Below are positions 9,534 through 18,228 of a stretch of DNA of 44,568 bases, piece after piece. The position numbers and the translations under genes are program-made. The stretch is from NCBI GenBank assembly GCA_964005815.1, contig CAXFSR010000008.1:1-44568 (forward strand), read 5' to 3'. The notes under the pieces were generated by a model, which worked only from the letters and a program-made list of their open reading frames with translations, ran no database searches and had not been told where the DNA came from. The number at the start of each line of letters is the position of its first letter. Positions within the stretch are counted from its first letter, which is position 1. The DNA is from an uncultured Nitrospinaceae bacterium. Its GTDB lineage: Bacteria; UBA8248.

Positions 9534-11387
9534 ATGACAGTTAATTCTCATTCCCTTTCTGATAGCGAATTTTTCAACGTAGCATGCAAAAAAGTTCATT
9601 CTCATTTCAAACGTAATCGTGATCTGTCCGGATTTGATTTTGAGTCATTAATTCTCCCTCTGCTTTCTCAAAATCCACTTTTACAAAAGAAAAATGAAGG
9701 TAACTGGATTGTTCCTGAAACTTTTTTACACTCTCCCTTTAATCCCACCTCAAGTTTTGTTGTCGTAGATATTGAAACTACGGGAGGTCGTCCTCCCCAA
9801 CATCGGATTACCGAGCTAGCAGCTTTGAAAGTTAAGGATGGAAAAATTGTGGGAGAGTTTTCTCAATTGGTTAATCCAGATAGGACAATACCTAAAAATG
9901 TTGTTCAACTTACCGGAATAACAGACGCAATGGTTAGCAAACAACCTACTTTAGAAAAGATATTGCCGAAATTCCTTGAATTTGTAGGAGATTCTGTTTT
10001 TGTAGCTCATAATGCAGATTTTGATTATAGATTTATTCAATATTTCTCTCTTGAATATCTTGGTAAAAATTATTGTCCTGAAGTTCTTTGCACTTTTAAA
10101 CTAGCAAAAAGGATTCTTCCGAATTTCTCTAAGCATAATCTTGGAGAGTTAAGTATGATTTTTGGCTATAAAACCTCAAATGCTGTTAGACATAGAGCAT
10201 TGGATGACGCAAAAGCGACCGCATATATACTGATTAATCTTATTTCTTTTTGCCACTATGCAGGTTTAAGGACAAAACGAGATCTTCTTGTTTTTCAAGA
10301 ACCCTTGGTAAAAGAACCTCCTAAATTTGCAAAAGGCATTTCTCTTTCTGCATCTAATATAGATGAGATCCCAAAATTGAAGGGTATTTTTTTATTGCAA
10401 GATTCTAAAGACAAAACGGTTTATTTAAATAAATCTTCAAATATCAAGGAGACAGTTCGTGATATTTTCTATCCTAGGAAAAGTGGAGCAAAGCGTTTTG
10501 TGAAAAAATTATCCTCTGTAACAAAAATTAAAACCATCCCAATTTTAAGTGAATTGACAATGAAACTAGAAGTATTCCGATTATCCAATAAATTTAAAGT
10601 TTCTAATCCTTTACCTATAGTTTCGGGTGGTGGTTTTCTGAAAATCAATATACAAGAACAAAAATTTCCGTTAGTTCAGTCGTCTTCGCATTTTTCATAT
10701 CGTGGCGATTATTTTTACGGTCCTTTTCGAAAGAAGAATCATTTAGATTCTCTTCTTTCTTCAATCTATTCAGTCTTTCCGTTGTCCATTTTTTCTGCTG
10801 ATGCAGAAACTAACCAAGACAAAGAAGAAATAGTTCTCTTGCGAAAAGAATTGATCGAGCGATTACGTATAGTTTTGGAAAAATCTTTAGACCCAGTTTC
10901 AAAAGAGGAGAATTTAACCTTCTTGCTTTCTCATTGGGGGAGCAGAATATCTGAATCGAAATTAAGAAAGAAATTTCAACGTTTGCTTTTGTTGATAGAT
11001 AATTTGTCCGTAAATGGCCCTTCTGTTGAAAGAAAAAATATTTTAATAGTTGAACCTGGACAGGATAGGTCCTATTTTATTTGTTATCTCATTTATGAGG
11101 GTTTATTAGTTGATGAAATTCAATTTAAAAGAGATGCCATTCCCTTTGATGACTTAGAAAAGAGAATTTGTAATATTTATGATACACAAGATCATATAAA
11201 CAAAAATATTTCAAAAAAAAGTTTGTTTGAATCTTCAATAATTGCAGATTGGTTAAGAAGAGAAACGATAGAAGGTTTTGTTATGCCTGTTTTGTCAGAT
11301 TTCGTAAGAGAAGAATTCTTGCAAATATTTTTTTCCTCTTTACAAGATCCTTTTTCATTAGGAAAAAAGATTTCAACAACATCTTGA
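9534..11387 (+). CDS. DEDDh 3'-5' exonuclease (DnaQ/PolC-epsilon-like) fused to a degenerate UvrC/Cho-like GIY-YIG region
   Basis: ExoI VVVDIETTG, ExoII AHNADFD, ExoIII HRALDDA. Downstream IPKLKGIFLLQDSKDKTVYLNKSSNIK and 'FYGPF' resemble the UvrC N-terminus. Confidence 0.8.
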   Translation: MTVNSHSLSDSEFFNVACKKVHSHFKRNRDLSGFDFESLILPLLSQNPLLQKKNEGNWIVPETFLHSPFNPTSSFVVVDIETTGGRPPQHRITELAALKVKDGKIVGEFSQLVNPDRTIPKNVVQLTGITDAMVSKQPTLEKILPKFLEFVGDSVFVAHNADFDYRFIQYFSLEYLGKNYCPEVLCTFKLAKRILPNFSKHNLGELSMIFGYKTSNAVRHRALDDAKATAYILINLISFCHYAGLRTKRDLLVFQEPLVKEPPKFAKGISLSASNIDEIPKLKGIFLLQDSKDKTVYLNKSSNIKETVRDIFYPRKSGAKRFVKKLSSVTKIKTIPILSELTMKLEVFRLSNKFKVSNPLPIVSGGGFLKINIQEQKFPLVQSSSHFSYRGDYFYGPFRKKNHLDSLLSSIYSVFPLSIFSADAETNQDKEEIVLLRKELIERLRIVLEKSLDPVSKEENLTFLLSHWGSRISESKLRKKFQRLLLLIDNLSVNGPSVERKNILIVEPGQDRSYFICYLIYEGLLVDEIQFKRDAIPFDDLEKRICNIYDTQDHINKNISKKSLFESSIIADWLRRETIEGFVMPVLSDFVREEFLQIFFSSLQDPFSLGKKISTTS

Positions 11388-11500
11388 AGTATGTCTTACT
11401 ATACATGTTTATTTTCTTGCATTTTTCACAATACATATGCTAGCTTGATTCTCTCCTTAAATTCTTTTGATTTTATGCCTTCTTTCCTATGGAGTATTCA

Positions 11501-12661
11501 ATGAGGGGTGTTTCTATAATAGGTATTGGGATGACGCCTTTCGGTTCTAGTTCAGAATCAATTATTTCTCTGGCTAGAAATGCTTGTGAACTTTCACTCA
11601 AAGATGCATCTATAGATAGATCCAAAATAGACGCGTTCTATTTAGGGAATTTTGCAGGAGAATCTTTTTCGGGGCAAAACCATCTTGCTCCTCTAATATC
11701 TAATGTGCTTGGTCTCGATTCCATTCCTTGTACAAGAGTTGAAGGAGCATGTGCTTCTGGCGGATTGGCTCTTCGTCAGGGGATTATGGCCATTAAGTCT
11801 GGAGAAGCTGATATTGCTTTGGTCTGCGGAGTGGAAAAGATGACGACCGTAAATAATGAAAGAGTGAATTCCATTTTATCTTCTGCGGGAGATATTTTTC
11901 AGGAAAATCCTTTAGAGATTTCTTTTCCCTCTTTGTTTGCTTTTATTACACAACGGTACTTGTATGAAAATAAAATTACTCGAGAACAACTATCTTCGAT
12001 TCCTGTCAAAAATCATTCGAATGGGATTCTTAATGAGAAAGCACATATAAGAAAAAAAATTACGGAAAGAGAAGTTGTAAACGCTCGTCAGATTTCAGGT
12101 CCAATTGGACTTTTAGACTGTTCTCCTGTGAGTGATGGTTCTGCTGCTATCATTTTATGTTGTTCAAAATTAGCATCCGATTTGTATTCTGAACCTATTT
12201 CCATACTTGCTTCTACTCAATCATCTGATTTCGTTTCAACAATTGAAAAGGATTCTATAGTTGGTTTCGAGGCGACTAAGAAAGCTTCAAATTATGCATT
12301 TGATATTTCTGGGCTAGAAAGATCCGATATCGATGTAGTTGAACTTCATGATTGTTTTACAATTGCAGAACCTATCGCTTTGGAAGATATGGGGTTTTTT
12401 AAGAAAGGAGAGGGTTGGAAAGGTATCTTGGATGGCGTGACTTTATTGGGAGGAAGTATGCCTGTGAATACGAGCGGAGGATTGAAATCAAAGGGCCATC
12501 CTGTAGGTGCAACCGGAATAGCTCAAATTTATGAATTAGTATTACAGCTTAGAAATAGGGCTGGAAAACGACAAGTACCAGGAGCGAGATACGCTCTTTC
12601 TCAAAATATGGGTGGAGTCGGAGCAACTAGTACGGTTCATATTCTTGGAAAGATGGAGTGA
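11501..12661 (+). CDS. Thiolase (SCP2/archaeal-type acetyl-CoA C-acyltransferase family)
   Basis: EGACASGG (catalytic Cys), VELHDCFT, GHPVGATG, QNMGG. ATG 11501 has SD ggag. Confidence 0.9.
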   Translation: MRGVSIIGIGMTPFGSSSESIISLARNACELSLKDASIDRSKIDAFYLGNFAGESFSGQNHLAPLISNVLGLDSIPCTRVEGACASGGLALRQGIMAIKSGEADIALVCGVEKMTTVNNERVNSILSSAGDIFQENPLEISFPSLFAFITQRYLYENKITREQLSSIPVKNHSNGILNEKAHIRKKITEREVVNARQISGPIGLLDCSPVSDGSAAIILCCSKLASDLYSEPISILASTQSSDFVSTIEKDSIVGFEATKKASNYAFDISGLERSDIDVVELHDCFTIAEPIALEDMGFFKKGEGWKGILDGVTLLGGSMPVNTSGGLKSKGHPVGATGIAQIYELVLQLRNRAGKRQVPGARYALSQNMGGVGATSTVHILGKME

Positions 12662-12999
12662 AAATTATGAACGTACAGAATTCTATAGAAATATATGTTT
12701 GCTCAGACTGTAATCGGGTCCATTCTAAAAGAAACGAATATTGTTATTATTGTAATTCATCACTTCTTATGAAGGAAATTTCAAAAATCGGCATTTTATA
12801 TAGTTTTACCAAGGTTCCTAGAGAAAAGATTGAGGGAAAAGAAGATCAACTGCTTGTTCTGGTTGAAATGGATGGAGGATTGAAAATATTAGGTGAACTT
12901 AAAAATAATTTCCTTGATTCAGTTTCAATTGGGATGAAAATGGAGATAGTATCTATAGATGATAAAAAATTAATTTTTACTCTCCTTGATGGGGTATAA
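12658..12999 (+). CDS. DUF35 zinc-ribbon/OB-fold protein (thiolase partner)
   Basis: CSDC...CYYC zinc ribbon, GILYSFT, LVEMDGG, IGMKME. Overlaps the thiolase stop (GTGA). Confidence 0.85.
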   Translation: MKIMNVQNSIEIYVCSDCNRVHSKRNEYCYYCNSSLLMKEISKIGILYSFTKVPREKIEGKEDQLLVLVEMDGGLKILGELKNNFLDSVSIGMKMEIVSIDDKKLIFTLLDGV

Positions 13000-13004
13000 A
13001 TAGT

Positions 13005-14396
13005 TTGTCTTTAAATCAATTACGCTCAAATCTTATATATGTAGGTTGTTCTAGCCCTGAGAGAAGTACTCTTTTAGCAGAGTTGAATTCAAAAAAAATA
13101 AGGTCTCTTGTAATAAAAAATCATAATTTGGATTTAAATTTCATTGCTGATTTCAATTTGGTTCTTTTTGGAGTGACAGATAAAAACCAAACGGACTTAG
13201 TAAAAAAAATAGTTCTTGCAGGAAAGATGGTTGTCGTTATCTTATCTCCGCATGATAAAAAACTAGCTAATCTTTTTATAAAGTCTGGTGCGCGTGCAAT
13301 TTTTGTGGATCCGGTTCAAATAGAAGAAATTACTAATTTTTTTAATATTTACAAGAAAGAGATTGCTTCAAAACGTGAACTTCAGTGGCTCAGATCCCAG
13401 ATTAAAGTTTCATATCAGTCATATACTACAAATGGAGATAGTGCCCCTGCAAAAAGGCTTAAGAATTCGGTAGTAAAGGCAGGAAGAAGATTTAAATTGA
13501 TCTCTATTGAAGGAGAGCAAGGGGTCGATATTTTTTCTGTAGCAAAAGAACTCCATGTTAAATTCCCTGGGATAAATCATCCATTCTCCGCTTGGTTTCC
13601 CAAAGAAATCACAGATGCAGAATTAGAAAAGAATTTGATCCGATTAGAGATGTTTAAAGGAGAGGAAGGTAATATACTCCGTCTTGGCGGGTCAATTTTT
13701 ATAGATGATTTTTCTGTCCTTTCGCAAGAGAATCAGGAAAGAGTATTTTTGGCTGTTGAGAGATTAGGAGTAAGTTCGGAATTTCGTTTAATTATTTCAA
13801 AAATAATTGATCCGCAAAAATTAATACAGGAAAAATTTCCGAACTTAGGTAAAATTTCGATATCGAACTATACTATAAAGATACCTCCCTTAAGAGAAAG
13901 AAAGAAAGATATCCCTTCTATAGTAGATTCAATTTTAGAAGATTATGCCTGGCAGATGAAAGAAAAAGTCCGTTATTTAACACCTGGTGCTCTCAAATGG
14001 ATTTGTTCAAAAAAATGGTGGGGAAATGATTCAGAATTGAAAATAATTTTATGGAAAGCACTAACTTACTCGGATTCTTCTGTTCTTTCTCTTGAAAATC
14101 TTAAAGTTTCACAAGTGGAACAGAATGTAGGAGATATAGAAAGTTACTTGAGAACAAAATTAGCGACTGTTATTCCGGCTCTTACTGATGAAGATGGTAG
14201 TGATTTTTATGACCATACTATTAAGAGTGTTGAAAAACCTTTAATGGAATTAGTTCTAAAAGAAAGTGGTGGAAATAGAATTAAAGCAGCTCGTCTTCTA
14301 GGAATGAACAGAAATACATTTAGCAAAAAACTACAACTTTTAGGTCTTGTAGATCAGGTTTCAAAAATCTCTTCAAAAAGAAAAAAGGGGAGTTGA
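13005..14396 (+). CDS. NtrC-like regulator with degenerate receiver and AAA+ domains and an intact Fis-type HTH
   Basis: IPPLRERKKDIP, WWGNDSEL and C-terminal GGNRIKAARLLGMNRNTFSKKL. Walker A and GAFTGA are not conserved. Confidence 0.8.
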   Translation: MSLNQLRSNLIYVGCSSPERSTLLAELNSKKIRSLVIKNHNLDLNFIADFNLVLFGVTDKNQTDLVKKIVLAGKMVVVILSPHDKKLANLFIKSGARAIFVDPVQIEEITNFFNIYKKEIASKRELQWLRSQIKVSYQSYTTNGDSAPAKRLKNSVVKAGRRFKLISIEGEQGVDIFSVAKELHVKFPGINHPFSAWFPKEITDAELEKNLIRLEMFKGEEGNILRLGGSIFIDDFSVLSQENQERVFLAVERLGVSSEFRLIISKIIDPQKLIQEKFPNLGKISISNYTIKIPPLRERKKDIPSIVDSILEDYAWQMKEKVRYLTPGALKWICSKKWWGNDSELKIILWKALTYSDSSVLSLENLKVSQVEQNVGDIESYLRTKLATVIPALTDEDGSDFYDHTIKSVEKPLMELVLKESGGNRIKAARLLGMNRNTFSKKLQLLGLVDQVSKISSKRKKGS

Positions 14397-15148
14397 TTCT
14401 CTTGTATCCCGTTCCATTGTCTGTGATTATTCTCGCAGCCGGAAAAGGAAAGAGAATGCTTTCCGAAATTCCTAAGGTACTTCATAACGTTCGTGGGGTA
14501 CCCATGATTTTTTCAGTTATTAAAAATGCTCTTGAATTAGAACCAGAAAAATTAATTGTCGTTCTTGGATACAAGTCGACAGAGATTAAGAAAGCGATTT
14601 CTAATAGACAAGATTTAAAAGATTTAGATTTTGCCTATCAAAAAAAACAATTAGGAACAGGTCACGCTATCTCAGTTGCTTTGCCGAATTTAGAAGAAAT
14701 AAGCGGGGATGTGATTGTTTTAAGTGGTGATGTCCCTCTACTTAGTTCAAAAACTTTGAAAAAGTTGTTAAAAAGACATAGGAAGGGTAATTATTTTGCT
14801 ACTATGTTAACAACTGTTTTGAAGGACCCAACTGGTTATGGAAGAGTTTTAAGGGGTCAAGAGAAAAAAAATAAGATTTTAGGTATAGTGGAACAAAAAG
14901 ATGCATTACCAGAAGAATTACAGATTTCTGAAGTGAATACGGGTACCTATGTATTTCGTATTGAATTTTTAAGAAAATATTTGCCAAAATTAAGAAAAAA
15001 TAATGCTCAAAATGAGTTTTATTTGACTGATGTTTTCAAAATGGCAATATCAGATAAAATGCATATTGGGTCTGTTCTAATTGAGAATGCAAAAGAAGCT
15101 ATGGGAGTAAATACTCTAGAAGATTTAAAAAAACTAGAAGTTTCTTAA
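14393..15148 (+). CDS. GlmU N-terminal-like nucleotidyltransferase without the acetyltransferase domain
   Basis: ILAAGKGKRM..PKVLH, QLGTGHA, SGDVPL, PTGYGR, EVNTG, NNAQNEFYLTD, GVNT. The ORF ends where the left-handed beta-helix would begin. Exact start uncertain. Confidence 0.88.
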   Translation: MILLYPVPLSVIILAAGKGKRMLSEIPKVLHNVRGVPMIFSVIKNALELEPEKLIVVLGYKSTEIKKAISNRQDLKDLDFAYQKKQLGTGHAISVALPNLEEISGDVIVLSGDVPLLSSKTLKKLLKRHRKGNYFATMLTTVLKDPTGYGRVLRGQEKKNKILGIVEQKDALPEELQISEVNTGTYVFRIEFLRKYLPKLRKNNAQNEFYLTDVFKMAISDKMHIGSVLIENAKEAMGVNTLEDLKKLEVS

Positions 15149-15198
15149 AGGATGCATTAATATTTTTTTGTTTTATTTATGTTAATTCGAGGTGTGGC

Positions 15199-16398
15199 GT
15201 GAAAGCATTAATTTTATCTGCATTTGGTGGAGAAAATCTTTTTCCATTTACTTCTAGTAGACCTAAGGTAATGTTGCCAGTTGCTAATACTAATTTTTTA
15301 GAATCTACTTTAATTAAAATTAAAGAAATAGGGATAAAAGAAGTAGTTATTGTGATTGGAAAATATGGAGAACAAGTTGTTGATCATTTTGGAACTGGAG
15401 AAAGAATAGGTCTGGCGATCCAATATGTTCGTCAAGATAAACCTACAGGAATAAGAGATGCAATTTTGATGACAAAAAACTTTTTTGATGACAATTTTTT
15501 TATGTTAGTTTATCCAGATTCTTGTAGTTCGGGTAATGTTTTCAGAAATGTTTTTGACATTTTTTCTTCTTCTGGCAAACCTGTTGCATCTATCACACAC
15601 ACGAATAGAGCAGAAGATTTTGGAACCGTTTTTCTTAATACCGACTTAAGTATAAAAAGAGTTGTAGAGAAACCTTCTAAGAAAGAAATTGCAAACTATG
15701 TCTTATCTGGCGCTTTTATATTGCCAAAATCTTTTTTTACACTTTTGTCTAAAATGGAAATGGATGAATCACTTAATTCTTTAGTTTCTGATAGTGGCTT
15801 GATAAGTGCAATTTGGGAACAGGGCTGGTTGGATCCTCAGTGGCCATGGGAACTTTTGAATGTAAATAAAATGTTGATGGACGATTGGAATGTCGCGAAT
15901 GTTGACACTTCCGTTCAACTTCGTGGTTCTATCCAATTTAGGGGTCCGGTTGTAATTGAGTCTAATGTTATAATAGAAGATGGTACGTCAATCTTTGGTC
16001 CTTGTTTTATAGGAAGGGATTCTTATGTAGGTAATGGAGTCTTAATTCGTCCGTATACTTCAATCGGTCCAAGTTCTGTTATAGGTTTTGGCGTAGAACT
16101 CAAAAATTGTATTTTGATGGGAAATTCTAGAGTTGGTCGACTTTCGTTTATTGGGGATAGCGTGGTTGGTGAGAAAACGGAGTTTGGCTCAGGTACAATG
16201 ACCTTGAATCAAGCTCAAGAAGAGTCGATTAAGGTCTTAATGCCCTCGGGTCTAGAAGATACAGGGTTAGAAAAATTAGGATCCTTAATTGGTGATGGTT
16301 GTAAAATTGGAGCATCTAATACATTTGCACCAGGTTCAATTTTACCCACAGAGTCTAACATACCTCCTTTTATTACCTTCCCGTCAGGGAGTAACTAA
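15199..16398 (+). CDS. Archaeal-type sugar-1-phosphate nucleotidyltransferase/acetyltransferase-like protein (NTP-transferase plus hexapeptide domain)
   Basis: RPKVMLPVAN, EKP, WLDPQWPWELLNVN, hexapeptide repeats, VELKN, LSFIGDSVVG, DTGLEKLGSLIGD. GTG start with SD gaggtg. Confidence 0.8.
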   Translation: MKALILSAFGGENLFPFTSSRPKVMLPVANTNFLESTLIKIKEIGIKEVVIVIGKYGEQVVDHFGTGERIGLAIQYVRQDKPTGIRDAILMTKNFFDDNFFMLVYPDSCSSGNVFRNVFDIFSSSGKPVASITHTNRAEDFGTVFLNTDLSIKRVVEKPSKKEIANYVLSGAFILPKSFFTLLSKMEMDESLNSLVSDSGLISAIWEQGWLDPQWPWELLNVNKMLMDDWNVANVDTSVQLRGSIQFRGPVVIESNVIIEDGTSIFGPCFIGRDSYVGNGVLIRPYTSIGPSSVIGFGVELKNCILMGNSRVGRLSFIGDSVVGEKTEFGSGTMTLNQAQEESIKVLMPSGLEDTGLEKLGSLIGDGCKIGASNTFAPGSILPTESNIPPFITFPSGSN

Positions 16399-18221
16399 TG
16401 TGTGGAATTGCTGGAATAGTTTCTTCAACTGATATATCAAAAAGGTTATTGCAGTCTATAACTTCACTTGAGTATAGAGGATATGATTCTTGTGGTATGG
16501 CTACCCATTCTAAAGGTTGTATTCAGGTAAGGAAGAATATCGGAACTGTTGAATCTGTAAATTCGAAAGAACAATTCTTGCAAATGTCAGGGTCTATCGG
16601 AATAGCACATACTAGATGGGCAACACACGGTGATGTATCTAAAAGAAATGCCCATCCGCATACTGATAGTAAAAATCAACTTGCACTTGTTCATAACGGT
16701 ATAATTTCAAATCACAGCGAACTTCGAGAAACTCTCATTAAAGATGGTATAAGATTTCATTCGGATACTGATTCTGAAGTGATTGCACATTTGATTTCAT
16801 CTTTACAAGAGAAAGAGGGACTAGATCTCGAATCGTCATTCGTTAGAGTTTTATCGGAAATACAAGGGTCTTATGCACTAGCTGTTATTTCGATAAATGT
16901 TCCAGGGACTATTCTTTGTTCGAAGAAAGGTAGCCCGTTAAGTATTGGATTAGGTGAAGGAACTAATTATGTCGGTTCGGATTTTAACGCATTTCTGCCT
17001 TTTACTCAGAGTTCTATTATTCTTGATGATGGAGAATATGCTTTAGTAAACGAAAGAGAGTGTATAGTCAAAGAAACTACTACTTGTAATCCAATAAAAA
17101 AGAAAGTGACCGAAATACCTTGGGAGGCTACCATGTCTGATAGAGGGTCATTTTCTCACTACATGCTTAAAGAAATTTATGATCAACCTTCAACGATTAA
17201 GGCTGCTTTAGAAATACCAAGAAAAGAACTCTTAAGTTTTGCTAATTTTATCGATTCAAGTAGTGAATGTTTTATAGCAGGAATTGGAACTACTTTTTAT
17301 GTTGCCTCCTTAGGGCAGTATTTTTTTAATGATTTATCAGATTTTTTTATGCCTGCTATTAGTACTGATGAATTTGTACATTTAGTTAAACCTGGTCCCA
17401 AAAGTTCTTTGTTGGTCATAAGTCAATCTGGAGAAACTTTCGATACTTTAAATGCGGTTGAATATGCCAAGAAAAAAAATGTAAAAACTGCTGGCATTGT
17501 TAATGTCATTGGTTCAACCTTAGTAAGAACTGTCGATCATTGCATAATGCAGGGTGCGGGCCCAGAAGTTTCGGTTATTAGTACTAAAGCTGCTCTAAGT
17601 CAATCAGTAATTCTTTTTCTGATTTCTTTAGAATTGGCATTGTTAAGGAAAAAAATAGACGAAAAGAGAGTGAAAGCAATTAGGTCTCAAGTTTTATCTA
17701 TTACTGACCTTATATCAGAAATCCTTGACGAAAGGTCTGGTTTTTTTCATTCATTTACTCAAAAACATTTAGAGATGCGTAATTGGATATTTGTAGGAAG
17801 AGGAATTTATTATCCTATAGCGCTAGAATGTGCGCTAAAGATGAAAGAAGTGACCTATTTACATGCTGAGGGGATGAGCGCAGGTTTTTTGAAACATGGA
17901 ACAATTTCCCTAATTGATGAAAATGTAAATACTGTCGTTTTAATTCCTCCAAAAGAGCAAGAAGATTTGTATAACTTGACTTTAAATAGTATTCAAGAGA
18001 TTAGAGCAAGGGGTGGATTTGTCTTAGGAATAAGATTTTCTGATAATAGTTTCCCCAAAGATCTTTTAAGTGATGAAATAATTCTTCCTTCTGCATCGAT
18101 TTTTCAAGCACCTTTTCTACATCTCTTGTCTGGCCAATTATTGTCTTATTATATGGCAGTTGGATTAAAAAGAAATGTTGATCGTCCTCGATCCTTAGCT
18201 AAATCGGTTACGGTAGCTTAA
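16398..18221 (+). CDS. glmS: Glutamine-fructose-6-phosphate aminotransferase (isomerizing)
   Basis: MCGIAG N-terminal nucleophile Cys, LEYRGYDS, AHTRWATHG, HNGII, ISQSGET, LKHG, PRSLAKSVTV. Confidence 0.97.
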   Translation: MCGIAGIVSSTDISKRLLQSITSLEYRGYDSCGMATHSKGCIQVRKNIGTVESVNSKEQFLQMSGSIGIAHTRWATHGDVSKRNAHPHTDSKNQLALVHNGIISNHSELRETLIKDGIRFHSDTDSEVIAHLISSLQEKEGLDLESSFVRVLSEIQGSYALAVISINVPGTILCSKKGSPLSIGLGEGTNYVGSDFNAFLPFTQSSIILDDGEYALVNERECIVKETTTCNPIKKKVTEIPWEATMSDRGSFSHYMLKEIYDQPSTIKAALEIPRKELLSFANFIDSSSECFIAGIGTTFYVASLGQYFFNDLSDFFMPAISTDEFVHLVKPGPKSSLLVISQSGETFDTLNAVEYAKKKNVKTAGIVNVIGSTLVRTVDHCIMQGAGPEVSVISTKAALSQSVILFLISLELALLRKKIDEKRVKAIRSQVLSITDLISEILDERSGFFHSFTQKHLEMRNWIFVGRGIYYPIALECALKMKEVTYLHAEGMSAGFLKHGTISLIDENVNTVVLIPPKEQEDLYNLTLNSIQEIRARGGFVLGIRFSDNSFPKDLLSDEIILPSASIFQAPFLHLLSGQLLSYYMAVGLKRNVDRPRSLAKSVTVA

Positions 18222-18228
18222 TTTCTAA

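Noticed and set aside
16380..16400. glmS ribozyme
   Set aside because: The glmS start overlaps the upstream stop (TAATG), so there is no leader.
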